NCBI GenBank assembly: GCA_030141605.1
Contig: JAQGDQ010000041.1
Span: forward strand, 372,001-436,000
Direction of reading: 5' to 3'
DNA: 64,000 nt
Source: Tubiluchus corallicola
Lineage: Eukaryota > Animalia > Priapulida
Part shown: positions 44,169-56,757 of the stretch, piece by piece
Layout of the letters: each line of letters begins with the position of its first letter
Numbering within the stretch: position 1 is the stretch's first letter
Notes under the pieces: model-generated
The model's input: only the letters and a program-made list of their open reading frames with translations
Told to the model about the DNA's origin: nothing
Databases searched by the model: none
Translations under genes and position numbers: made by a program

Positions 44169-44352
44169 TTACATTCGACTGTGATGACTCTCTTCAAAAA
44201 GGTTGAGCATGGCACTTCTAATCTCTGCCACCATGTCGGTCGTAGTCATCGATCTACCATATTTCAGGAAAGCTAGCCGATTACATTCTCTAGTTAATAG
44301 ACTAGCTGCATATGCTGCACAAATTGTAGGTCCGTATTTCAGTAAAACTGGC
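44169..44352 (-). CDS. NAXD: NAXD last coding exon: (E)[60 protein letters not shown]
   Basis: tatttcag acceptor, stop TAA at 44171-44169; matches the NAXD C-terminal AF.K.GRS.TT.DM motif. Confidence 0.95.
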
Positions 44353-46030
44353 CTGAAATACGAAAACCAATGTTAACAAAAGCTCACTTGTTGACAGATG
44401 TTACCCTGGCAGCAACTGTTAGACATTTTCACATATATACACAATGGTAAATGTTTACTTTCAAGGTTTGAACAATGCAACACTAATAATTGATAAATGC
44501 TTCAAATTGTGTTGTATTGAATTATTTGAAATATAGACTGCAAACATGTTCAATATTCGGTAAATTTCACATCGTTTTTACTAGGAGTTAGTAGCTAAAA
44601 ATCAGACAGCATTGTTTTTGCAGTGAATCTGCCAAATGTGCATTTTCTTTAACTTTTGTTAGAGTCAAATAGAATCAATTAAAACAATTAGCTTGGTTGT
44701 TCCAACAGGCAATGGTTATAATCACAGAACTTGTACAGTCATAATCATTCATAAGTACCACAAGCCAGAGAAGAAGTCAAATCTTATCATTTATAAAGTT
44801 TACATGCTTTTTAAAAAACCGTTTCGACCCTCATTCTCCAAGCACCAGTCAAAGACCTTTGTCACAGAAACCATCTGCACAGGTGTTTTACAAGTCACTA
44901 ACTAATTGGATTCATAAGTGATTAACGGCATACATCTTGCAGTAAACTCTTGTTAAGTAACTGAGAATTTTTTTAAGTCTACTCGTACATCTGAAGATCT
45001 GTGCTGTTTTCTTGCTAATCTAGAACAAAGATGTAAAATCGCTTGGGTTGCTTGTTTGCCAGATCACGCACAATGTAGTGCCTTTTTGTTATGCTACAAT
45101 GTACAGCAAAGTGTGTGGCACCAAGTATGAAACCTCCCACACTAGAAGAACGGACGAGCAATTATGCATGCTTCTTTTAGTTCCGAAATGCTGTCCAACA
45201 TTGATTGATCAAGAATACATAAAAAAGTAGCTTGAATAAATTTTCCAAACACTGGGTGACTTAAATGCTAATATCAATGAGTATTCATGTGTGTCAGGTA
45301 AACATCGCATAAATGTCAGGCAAACTTTGTACAATTTATATCAAATAAAGAATGTAGACAATTACCATGCCAATCATATTGTAGCCAAGTAAATATTTTA
45401 CACTTGTATATAACACATAACATAACATAAACTTACTCATTTATGCCATGCTGGTAAGCCATGGTGCTCCAATGAAGAAAGAGACCCATGCTTCCCGATA
45501 ACAGGTCACCTTGACCACCACATCGCCGTGGACTTCCTTCACTACTACATGTCACAACTACAATGCAGAGAAATATAAATTTCTTACATAAGATTTATAT
45601 ACTTCATACACACTACACAAAAACCAAATCCATGTTACAATTTGGTATTCATACTGAAAGGAGAATAAGAAAAATCCGATCTTAACATTCAAATTTGAAA
45701 AAAATAACAATATATAGTTGTCAATGTTTCTGACATGGTCAGAAACTGAAGGTTTTGCAAAACAATCGAGCCTTAAAAATGAAGAAATGACAGTTTTTAT
45801 TGAAACTGCTTATTTTCTTTTATTGAATTCACCTTGTTTGAATACATGGGAAGTACATTTCACAATGAAACCTCAGCATTTAACTGTTCAGCTCGTCGCC
45901 CCATGGGTCAAAGGTCAACCAATCTTGGCATAGCTGATATCATTCAGTTTGTCTCATTGAGACCTTTCATTTGATATACAACAAGCTACTTTTGGTAGAC
46001 CCTGGAAGGCGTTTGTTTCATCGACACCTA

Positions 46031-46069
<39 letters not shown>

Positions 46070-49000
46070 ATCTCTCTCTCTCCCCTCTCTCTCTACTTAT
46101 AGTTGATAAATAATATGACAAACTGTACACGTAAGTCACACAACAATTATTGGACTATGACAAATGAAGCTGGCTTCCCTTGGGCATAACAAGTCGCTCA
46201 ATTTAAGCAGGGTTCGAAATTTCAAAAATTTACATAACCCAAAACCAGTTCTCATTGTACTTGACTTGACTAGCTCTTGCTTGTTACCTGAATTTTCTGG
46301 TGTAACTAGTTAGAGATGCAACAGTGTTATAAATATACTTTGTGCAATAAATTATGATAATCAAGTTTGTATATTGCAAAAATAAGTGCTCTGTACAACA
46401 ACAGGTTAGCCATTTAGCTTAAATGAAAGATATTTCCTTAAAAATGATCTATTAAACAAAAATTATAATCATTACTAACAACAGCTGCCTTTTCGTTGAT
46501 TAAAATGTCACTAATTGGTCTATGATTTAATGTAAAGTTGAAATTCATCTCACACATTTAGCTTATTCTTGGCTATTTTCTCGCTCATACTTGGCTAAAT
46601 TTTATTCATTTGGCTTATTTTTGTCTTAGGAATTACTCTGTCATCTCACCTGGCAACTCTGAGACATGTTGTGCAACGATGGTGACTACCATACCCTGCT
46701 TAGCACAAAAATTTTTATTGATGAATATTCTTTAAAATAGTAAAACAAACAGTTTTAACAAAAATTATTTGTTATTAGAGCAGTATGGCTGTTAAATAAA
46801 AGTGAACTTGACAGTGATGCCATATAGTTAGTTACTAAAAGTAGATTTCATACAAAAAGGAAGTCTTTTCGCGCTAAAATTTTTTCACGTAACCCAAGCG
46901 CAACCTGAACGAGCATTCACATGAAATTTCAAGGCCTGTTGTGGTCAAAGGTACCTGGTAGCTACTGTTTTTGTACAGCAAGACAAAACAAACCCATAGG
47001 CCGTGACAGCCTTTTAAATTTTCTTTACTTCAAAAATCAGTTACTACAGGCAGCAAGTTTTTTCGTTCAATAAGCTTTCGTTAACAGTAACTTTATATCA
47101 GTAACAGTTTGTACAAATACACACAAATCCCCAAAGTAACTAGTACTAATTACCTTGGTTAACATTAGCTATAATATCACACGGTCCTTTCTTCATAATG
47201 GTTACATCACCTAAAGCTTTACTTAGCTTTATAACAGATTCTTCAGCATCTATTCCATCGGGAATTTTACCAATCTGCAATGAAAGGTTTGTTTAGCACT
47301 GGAATGTACGACGACTATTTGTTAAAACCTAAATGCAAACTTCTTATCATCAAACAGCATAATAAACACTTCTGCATTGAATTTTCATGGCTTTACAATA
47401 TATTTTTTGATATCGGGGGTTAGTTATGGCAAGTATGTCTATTTTTGCTCAACTACTGAATGCAATTCAAAATCAAAAAAGATTTTTCAAAGATTACAAG
47501 ACCAGGCTAGATACAACTGTTGAAAGTAATGCATATTTATAATTGCATTTAATTTATTTAGTTTTCCGATGACCTGTGAAATGTTGTGATGTTCAGAGCA
47601 TACATTTTGTCTAATGTCAATAAACAAGCCATATTGCATAAGTTAAATTTTGCCATTTTATGCATATTTATCTTTTGACATTTGACCTCTATAGCACAAT
47701 CTCATTCATTGCTTCCTCTGTTTCAAAGTCTCTCACATAAGCGTTACTCTTGCATTTTTGTGTGGGTGACCCTGTCCACTTTGACCCAGCATCATAAAAT
47801 TCTTCACTAAATTAACATCAGAGCCTATTGGGCATGCTGCAATATACTAAATTTAGTCAAAACTTATGGCTGAGAAATTATTTCAACCTCATACATTTAT
47901 AAGTGCATAAGTCTAAAACCTTAGCAAAGACCTTGACCAAAATGCTATTATGCCATTTTATACTAAATCGAGTCAAATTGAAATTCGTGGTTCAGAAATT
48001 ATTATTAGCTAGTGCAATTTGGTTGAAGAGTGGTCATTATGTGCACATAGCTATCACATAAATGCACAAAAACAACACTAAACTTAAAGTGCCTGAATAA
48101 GTCTGGTACCTCCACTAGGACTTAAACACAGCCTTTCTGCTATCTGGGCAACTATGCTTACCACTACACCAAATAGGCAGACTACTTCTCAGACTTAGAA
48201 GGATAGTTTATAAGCTAGTAGAACTCTGTCAATGGGGAATCACAGTCTACAGGCAGTCATCGACTTACAACCTATGCAACTTACGACGAGCTTGACTTTG
48301 CGATCCAACCACAACTTAATTAATTAATTATACAAAACCATTAAGCCTTTTCACAGTTTCGCTATGCACAATTGCACATGCACAGTTTGCTGTAGGTCAA
48401 AGGTTAAGTGTACCACAGTAATGCATCTTAACTACACCAGTCATGTGACATGTGGATAAAGTATAGAAGTCTGCCGCAGCAGCACAGTAACTTCATTTGT
48501 CTTACGTGGACTTCACTTAATTATGTGACTTCACTTATTAGTCTGTGCGCAGAGTCTTTTACTAGCAGGATCTTGCTTGGGAAGAAGCAAAATTAACTAG
48601 GTAAAGTTCTATCTAGCTATTAAAACTGTTACTTTACAACAGGATTGGCTGCGAGGTATCGTCGTACTTTAATATGCACGTTCAACTTTGGATAGGTAGG
48701 TTGTGATTCGCCACAATTACTCAAATGTTACGCCATTATGATTTGGTCTTGCAGTGTCGAATTGTGCAATAAAATATCTATTGCATACCATTTTGTGTAT
48801 AGATTTTCACTTCTGAGGATGAAACATCACAGTTTAAAGTACTCAAGAAGCCTAAAATTTTTGCTTGAATTAAGAAAGTTTTGGGGCTACTTCATTACCA
48901 TAAGAAATGGCTAAACTTACACCTACATGTTGCTTAAATGATGCAACCAGTGTCTAAATGGTAACTGTTTTAAAAACAATATAGAAAAAAATAGAAGAAT

Positions 49001-52000
49001 ACTTACCACAGAATTGAAAAGCCTGGAAAATTCAACAACATTTGGTGTTAGAATAGCATTTTTGTAATCCTTTATAGTATTAGGTTGCTCTGTAAGTAAC
49101 CATAAACCATCCTAGTAAAAAAACATTATTTTCAGCATTACATAAAGCTTTTAATCAACATTGCTGGCTTTAGTACCATGGTACTAACGAACTTAATCAA
49201 CATACTAACTATGCTGTGCCACAATCTAGATTATCCTGCTCACACGTTGTGAATGAGAACATTCAGTTTAGTCACTGTCAACATTATTTTTTAAATGTTA
49301 CAAATGTTTCGACAGCAGTTGTTCACCGCTAATTAGAAATAAAAGTAGTTAGAATCTCATGATAATATTATCAAGTATCATTACTGTACTTTACTGCAAT
49401 CAGCTAAATAGGATGGTACTTTTCCACCTAGAAACATCAGGGAAGGGTCGAGACAATACCAGGAAGTTAGATGAAAAATGCCCATCTGTTCAAAGTCACT
49501 TTAATAAACACGCCAAGTAACAAATTCGTAGCATAAAATGGTAACTTATAATAATTAAAACACAGTTAATGCCAAAACTAGGCCACATACTGCGACACAC
49601 TGCACCACGATATACCACTACAGTATGTTACACAACCATCAATTAGCAATTTAATGTTATGTCAATGTGATCTAATGCTAAAAGCAAAATTACTAGTCAA
49701 GAAATTTATATAAAAACAAAAAAATTGTATTATATAGTATTGAAATTATATTAAAAAATGTGACACAGTAGTCAAGTTATCATGCATATTGAACTGTACT
49801 CCCAGGTTCAACGCACACTATTACTAATACTGATTATCAGTATGACTTAACACAACAATATTATATAAATGATAAAACATGCTTACAGCATCTACCACTA
49901 TGGGAATATTTAGCTGCCTGGCTTTCTCTATTATACCCTGAAAAATCAAATAAATTTATACTGTAGAAGAATTGTTTAATGTAATAAGTTCAGTCATAAC
50001 TACATAATAATATGCATTTTACACATTACTTACATTAATAAAACCAAACTACCATTTAAGCTAATTATAAATTACCTTGTAAAACGTCGAACATTATACA
50101 AGACAGTAGATAATTCATGGACGTATTTGAAAGCAAAGTGGATAATATATCTTAGCCCAATAGCAAACAAATTGTATACCCATTACCAAGTCAATCTAAA
50201 TCAACTGTTTATAAGCATGTACAACTTCACACTACAACTAAGCCTGCTCAGCTATCTGTTTTATTGAGCAAATAAGTAACTGAGTGGTCCCAGTACATGG
50301 TTAGTGATCACAGTTAAGCAAAATCTAGCATGGCAATAAGTGGGTGGGTGATTCCCCAGAAAAGGGCTGCTTCTATGCAGTTCTACTTGCCATACTCCCA
50401 CTGGGTATTTACCTCGTTAAGGTAAGAAGTATATACATGAATAGGTGCCTCAGGACCTGGCCTCACCATGATCACATACATTAAATGACCCGGTCAATGA
50501 GTGCTGGGTCCTAGCTTGTCTACATAATTATCCCAAAGCCGTTGATATGTGACAGCTCAGCGAACCTGACTATACTGAATACCTACACGTGTCATACCTT
50601 GACATTATTTAGAATGCTTGAATTTCTTCCTAAACCAGGGCCAATAATTAATGAGTGTAACCGAGGCAGCCATTCTGAAACTTCACTCACTGCGTTTTCT
50701 GAATCCCTAGAAAAAAACTGACAAATTTTACATTTTACTCTACCATTATAAAATCTAATTCAAATTCATTAATTAGCAGCATTCAAAAAGCAGTGAATGT
50801 ATGGGATGGTCGGTTTTAGAACAGAAAAACAATGCAAGACATCAGAAAACCTTAATTCTAAAAGCCAGCTAAACAACTCTTTGTTCAAAAGTAACAAACT
50901 AGTTTAACGTTTGTGAATCTCTTTCTTTAGGTCCAAAATTTCTATTTATATTGGGTGAAATACGGTAGTGGTAAATATAATTGATATTCGGTCAACCTAG
51001 CATGTACAGTAAACAAACTAATAACAGCCATCAAAAAACAAAATTTAAGATAATTTTTTAAAAATGATCATAAGCTTAAGAAACTTGAAATAAAACAAAT
51101 TTCCCTCTTTTAGTCCAGTAACTTGTGTCAGTAATGACATTAAATTTATTATACTTACAAAATTGGATGAACAATGAGCTCTGGACTGTATGATTTAATC
51201 ACCACTGCAGCCTCGTTTGCACAGAATACGTGTGCCAAGTCACCACCCTAAATCAAAAACTAAAGTCACCACCCTAAAATGTCTGTACACATTTTATAAA
51301 TTATAGTATATTAAGTAAATAAATTTACTTGAAATTGTGTTTAGCGAAATTTACAACCATTATGTAGTGGATAAATTATTCAAAGATAGACAGTAGAACA
51401 GTAGAAAATGCTACTCTCCAAATTTTCCAAAAAGATCAATATTAAAACGTACACTTTTGAAGAATCAGTCTAATCAGAAAATGATGAAATCTGAAACCAA
51501 ATTGGAATATGAACATTGAGCCTTTAAAAACAAAGTAGGTAAATATATCAGAATACAAACTATCAACACAGTTAATTAAATGAAATCAGCATAAGTAAAC
51601 AAAACAAGCACAATTAAATTATGAAACCATAAACTGTAAGTTATACTAATCAGCAGTGGTGTTTCAGACAACCACCTTTAAAATGAAAGGACAAGCCACT
51701 TAGCATGTTGGGTGTATTATATTGTTAGAAAAACATAACAAAGAAATTGGCAAAAACTGTCTATAAAGCATAAACTTAATTTATACTGCCACTGCATAGA
51801 AATTTTCAGGTGAAGTGGTAGCTGCACTTGAAAAGTAACTGGCTAACTTCATGACTTTTCGTAAGCGCTATGCTTTCCACAGACATGTGCTGCTAAGACT
51901 AATTCAGACTTCTGCAGCCTACCTAACGTTCATTCAAAAATATCATAAAATTAGCTAGCTAATCTTTTGTAAAAACTTGACGATAATATTTTTGACAAAA

Positions 52001-52945
52001 ATTAACAGTGCGCTGCTTTTCTTCGGTTGATGAGGAACTTTAGTGGTGGAAAAATGGGCATTCAAAATGGAAGCACCCAAGAGTGACATGATTGCAACTT
52101 CAGTGATTTTACTAATTACACGAGGTACATATCACACTTTTATTACAAAATCCGTGTAAGACTTTTCCCGAACATTGAAATAAGGCTAAGTTCCCAGATG
52201 GCTTGGCCTTTCCTTTAATGTAAACCCTAAAGACAAAAAACAAGACTGTCCGACTGTATCACCCGAAACTGTAGATGCACAGAACATTATCGCCTAGTAA
52301 ACATACCAACTTCAACACGGATATTGCTGCAAAGAAAGGAGCACCAGTATATTCCTTGGATCCTCCAATTATTCCAATTCTCCCAGCTTGGCCTTTGTAT
52401 TTATCAAATGATAATTCGGGAAGAATGCTCTGTACAGCTTCTACCATGCCAGGCACAGTCACCATACACCTCATTGGTACACCACCTAAAAGATAATAAG
52501 TTACTTTTAATGGTTACAGTAATCAGCAACTACTAAGGCTATTAATAATGCAACTGTGTTCCTGGAGGTAAGTATAAGCTTGGTGAATGTGTAATTTGCA
52601 ATGTATCTGGCAACCTGAATTGTTTTCTGATTTGGTGACATCAACAGAGTGTGTACCAAAAAATTAAAAAAGAATCATTTCTGGTTTTCTCTTGTGCAAA
52701 CAGCCCAGAATACTGCATAAAGGTTCCAGTTCTTTAAATTTGAAAGAATTGTACTAAAAGAACGAATTTAGACATTTAACATATAGCTCTAATTACTGTT
52801 ACCTAAGAAAGATTACAGAAATCTAGGCACAATAGTCACCTGCTGATGAACTGGCCTCAAAAAAATCTTGCTCAATTTGTAGATAATGCAACCACATACA
52901 TAGCACTATTGTGATCAGGGACTGTTTCAGCTGCAAATTACTCAT
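44169..52945 (-). CDS. NAXD: ATP-dependent (S)-NAD(P)H-hydrate dehydratase (NAXD/CARKD); spliced CDS join of complement 52840-52945, 52307-52485, 51159-51247, 50598-50706, 49887-49937, 49007-49111, 47154-47274, 45437-45557, 44169-44352; about 354 aa
   Basis: All exons are bounded by AG/GT and their phases join into one open frame. Hallmark motifs are present: [83 protein letters not shown]. The first exon (52840-52945) is less certain than the rest. Confidence 0.95.
45437..45557 (-). CDS. NAXD: NAXD exon: [40 protein letters not shown]
   Basis: ttgtag acceptor, GTAAGT donor, GGQGDLLSG ribokinase-fold signature. Confidence 0.96.
46033..46094. repeat. (TC)n microsatellite in a NAXD intron
   Basis: Direct reading. 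Confidence 0.95.
46208..46938. mobile_element. Older hAT-like MITE in a NAXD intron
   Basis: Imperfect TIRs CAGGGTTCGAAATTTC / CAGGCCTTGAAATTTC; no clean TSD. Confidence 0.5.
47154..47274 (-). CDS. NAXD: NAXD exon: [40 protein letters not shown]
   Basis: cattgcag acceptor, AAG|GTAATT donor, KG..D motif. Confidence 0.93.
48250..48310 (+). mobile_element. Tigger/pogo-like left TIR fragment in a NAXD intron
   Basis: TA|CAGGCAGTCATCGACTTACAAC..GCAACTTACGAC resembles Tigger ends; no right TIR found. Confidence 0.4.
49007..49111 (-). CDS. NAXD: NAXD exon: [35 protein letters not shown]
   Basis: ttttactag acceptor, GTAAGT donor, LTPN..EF motif. Confidence 0.95.
49887..49937 (-). CDS. NAXD: NAXD exon: [17 protein letters not shown]
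   Basis: tttttcag acceptor, GTAAGC donor, 51 nt, phase 0/0. Confidence 0.93.
50598..50706 (-). CDS. NAXD: NAXD exon: [36 protein letters not shown]
   Basis: ttttctag acceptor, AAG|GTATGA donor, GPGLGR motif. Confidence 0.95.
51159..51247 (-). CDS. NAXD: NAXD exon: [29 protein letters not shown](L)
   Basis: gatttag acceptor, GTAAGT donor, 89 nt, phase 0 to 2. Confidence 0.95.
52307..52485 (-). CDS. NAXD: NAXD exon: [59 protein letters not shown]
   Basis: ttttag acceptor, TTG|GTATGT donor; conserved [16 protein letters not shown] motif. Confidence 0.95.
52840..52945 (-). CDS. NAXD: NAXD putative N-terminal exon [35 protein letters not shown](G), signal-peptide-like
   Basis: Acceptor tgtttgtag|G at 52951, ATG at 52945, open 106-nt frame, phase-1 donor CAG|GTGACT that matches the phase-1 acceptor of the next exon (ttttag|GT GGT GTA CCA ATG). 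Confidence 0.6.
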
Positions 52946-54171
52946 TTAGGCCTACAAACAACAAAATTCCAAACCATGGCACTCTACACCAAACACAACT
53001 TCAAAATGAAGGCATCTATCTTGCACACCTGGCTAACTACAAAAAAAATTGAAAAAGTTGACTACATCAAACGTCATCTACTATAAATCATTCTCCTACG
53101 GTGCCTCATGTTCATAAAGTGGATTTACTAAGAATAACTAAGCAATTTAATAAACAATTTAAGATAATATTTGAAAAACGGGATTACAAAAACAAAGTGC
53201 ACAAATTTTCCTTATAGCCTACAGGTATAAGACGTCTGCAGAAGGAAATTGTTTTCATCTTCATCTGCAATTATGACTGATGAAAGAGCATTTAACTAAG
53301 ACAAAATAACATTTGAGATTGTGGCCTTACTAAATATGCACTACACTAAAAAGGCATTCACTATTGATAGTGATCCGTCAGTTAGTGGCACAGCCAGCAT
53401 AAAAAAAGGTAGCTCAGTGATGAATGCTGGATTGATCAATTTTAAATTGATGGTATTAGATCAGGCTTTATATTTGAGACCTGACTTTCTTGAACTCGAC
53501 TTTGTCACATGTTATAGGCGACAAACCAATCTCAGCTGCACTTTTGCACCAAGAAACACCAAGCACCCACACTTTACCAATTGATGCAGTAAGCTAAATG
53601 CATAGAACTGGTACCTCAATAACTTCCAATTTAGTTACTAGCACAGTATATTTCTTGCATCTCTGAATGTAAATATTAAATTTATTTCACATAATTAAGT
53701 AATTATCTTTGTCATACAAAGTTTTCGCCTTTCATATGGCTTCAGGTTCTTCAAAATTCTCATAGCCAATAGCCAATATCCTCCAACATAATAGTGCAGA
53801 TGTAATAATTCTGAAATTTTTGGTTCAGACACTGATATGTGTCTATAGCTAGCTGTCTGGCACTATAGTCAATAACTCAACATCCTGGTTACATTTACTG
53901 CAATATTTTCATGTCAAGATACTGAGTGTTGCAGCAGCAGCAGCAGCAGATAGTAAGCTATCAGTAGATGCTTAAAGAGCATTTTTGATAAACAATCATA
54001 ATCACCCAATGCAAAGTGCAGACATGTTCTGCACAGCAAGTTGTTAAAGTCTACATCATTGCATTTATGTGAGACAGTTGTTGCCTGTACTTACGGACAA
54101 ATAAAATACATCTTACACAAAAGTAAGGAAATAAAGAAATGACAGTAGAAAATTTCCAGCCATGGACTCAC

Positions 54172-54294
54172 TAGTGTTTGCCTTCCTAATAGGATCAGTG
54201 AAACCAGTATTAAGATCACATCGCAAAAATATACAAGACACAATGCTGATTTGAGCCTAACGTTCATGGAAAAGAAATTTCGGCATGTGTTCAT
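54172..54294 (-). other. Candidate upstream NAXD exon encoding a 41-aa ORF (MNTCRNFFSMNVRLKSALCLVYFCDVILILVSLILLGRQTL): uORF or alternative N-terminus
   Basis: Strong donor CTA|GTGAGT at 54171, phase 0; lies just downstream of a CpG-richer promoter-like patch (about 54370-54430). Confidence 0.4.
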
Positions 54295-55020
54295 GATGCA
54301 AAAAACTCAATAAAAGTCTAAAACTTCCAACAGGCTCAAAAATCTGTGAAATCTTCAAAAATTTATTGATGAATTTCCGCTTTCCACTGTGTAGCCCCGG
54401 ACACCGCCGTTGAGTTTAAAACGCTCCCGTGGACCCTTTAGTAGGCTTTACACTTACTTTAGTTTCATAAATGTTCAGTAATCGTGGAATGCTATGCTTA
54501 GTTGCCACTTTCTCTCACCTTTCATAAGTGCATATCCATTACGCATAAAATGCATAAACAGTGCTGCAATCGATAGCATTTTATGTACGAACTATAAGTC
54601 AACTATTCTCGAACAAGTAAACACTTTCTTATTATTTCTTAATAAAATTTGATCAAAACAGCAAAGTATCTAGTGTCTTGTGTGAGTTTGGTGGCGCCAC
54701 CTCTTAAAGCAAAATGTTCAATTCAGTTCAATTTAATTTATTGTGCAAAAACAGTGCAGTGCACATACATCGGCAAGTACCACATGAAAAATACATACAC
54801 GTAGAACTACAGATTAATATTATATAAATGAAAACTAACATACTGCCACTTAGTTATACTAGCTTTTATGTGATATAGATCGACTAGTACAATTATATTA
54901 TTAATCAAGCTGATTCAGAATTTGGCTGCTGGGAATGATACTTGCTAGTAGTGTTAGATACTACTATTAATCACTACAAATTACAAAGCTTTATATTACT
55001 ATAATTACGACTATTATTAA

Positions 55021-55390
55021 TGTTGTGGAGATCGCTGGCATCTATTAGAATTACATAGAACATTGTAGAATGTTCCGTTGGAATCATTGTCTTACCGTGT
55101 GGAATGTTCCGGAACATAACTTCTGGAAGCTTCTTGGGCAAGCTATATAAGGCGAAGCAGGCCGCTGTCACGGGAGCCCACAGAGCACACGGACGCCACT
55201 TACACATTCTCTTGTATACTTACATTTTCAGATACACATAAACGTTTTCCAGATTTTCACGTTTACAGTAATCATTTCGCGTTCCTTCATACGTTTGTGT
55301 TGTAGAATTCTCGCTTAATAAACTAGTTTAACTTGACGGCGTGTTTTCTGGTTTTCTCTAAGAGCCTTCCGAGAGAAACAAAACACAACA
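55021..55390 (+). mobile_element. Solo LTR copy A (370 bp; BEL/Pao- or Gypsy-like)
   Basis: TGTTGTG...CACAACA termini, perfect 5-bp TSD ATTAA on both sides, TATATAA at 55144-55150, AATAAA at about 55317; a second copy lies at 56758-57128. Confidence 0.9.
55057..55150 (+). promoter_or_regulatory. Heat-shock element cluster plus TATA box in LTR A
   Basis: aGAAc-aTTGt-aGAAt-gTTCc (55057-55076), gGAAt-gTTCc-gGAAc (55101-55115), cTTCt-gGAAg-cTTCt (55120-55134), TATATAA (55144-55150). Confidence 0.75.
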
Positions 55391-56757
55391 ATTAATAGGA
55401 TATACACTGACTACTTTGCTTTAATCTAAGAGTTTGCTTTTATGATCAACTGCGTAACAATAGTATTATCTAGTTACTGGATATATTGTACAAAATCATC
55501 CATCATCCAATGAATCATACGTCCAGGGACATGATTCTGTTCACCTCCCTATGCCAGATCCCCGTGCTCGCCACAATGCCCCAAATGCATTTTGGACCAA
55601 ATGCTAAAGTGTTTAAATCTATATGTGCAAAATCTAAATATGTTAACATTTGTCCTCCCTCACCTTTGTTAGCTGGTTCTATGGCTTGTTGATGAGCTGC
55701 CTTCACTGGAATATCATCAGGTAGTCTAAGCATATACCCAATTCATCTTAAACAGCGTCTTTTTATTTTTCTTGTCAAGGTTCTTCTTTAATTTTTTCAT
55801 ATAAGTCTTTGTTTGAGATTTTCTTTGGCCCATCTGATACCAAAATGTTTCAATAATTTCGACTTTGAAACGCATTGATTTCAGCCCTATGATTTGCTTT
55901 TAATGTCCAGAGTTCAGAGTTATACAGAAATACAGTTTCAACTAAGGCTGAGAATATTTCAATTTTTTGTTTCCAAAGAAATCTTCCTATTTTCAAAAAA
56001 CCTTTGTGAGTTTTGAGTAAGCTATTAATGCCATTATCTTCCATCTTGCTATGTTGCCTTCTGCTGCTAGCAGATTACCGAGATGCTTGCATTTTTGCCG
56101 TGATCATCACCATGGCGTGTTATGTGAAACTCTTCAGTTTTATTTTTGTTTACTACGAGACCCATTCTGTTCAGTTTCTCCTCTATTGAGTTTTCTATTT
56201 CATCTATTTCTTATTTCTTTTTTGTAATCCATGCCACATCATCAGCATACTGCATAGATGTAGTAGTTGACTTACTTTGTAGAGAGCTGTAACTGCGTTC
56301 TTGTCTTCCTTCATTTGGTATTAATTCAGGATCAAGAATTGTGTAGTTGTGACTTCTAGGTCTTTCAACAGTATAACTTTGTCCTCAGTGAAAGCTATGG
56401 CAAGATATAAAGTAAAAAGTTCAGGGCTTAGGTAGTCACATTGAGCAACTCCTTCATTTGTAGAAAATGGCTGACTCAACTTCTTTTCACACTTGACTTG
56501 AATTAATAAATTTTCTTACATTAAACTTGTGATGTATATTTCATCAGGTTCAAGGACTTCTTCCAGACAGCAAAGTAGAGTTTTTTCTGAATGCAATGAA
56601 AGGCCTTTGCCATATCGATCATGAGAATATATATTGAATAATCAACAGAAGAGATGGCTTTTTCGGCTGGTAATTTACATGATTGTACTAATTCAGTAGT
56701 ATTCCATCCTGGTTGATATGCTGCTTGGCTTGTTGGAATGTGTGTAACCTGTCATAA

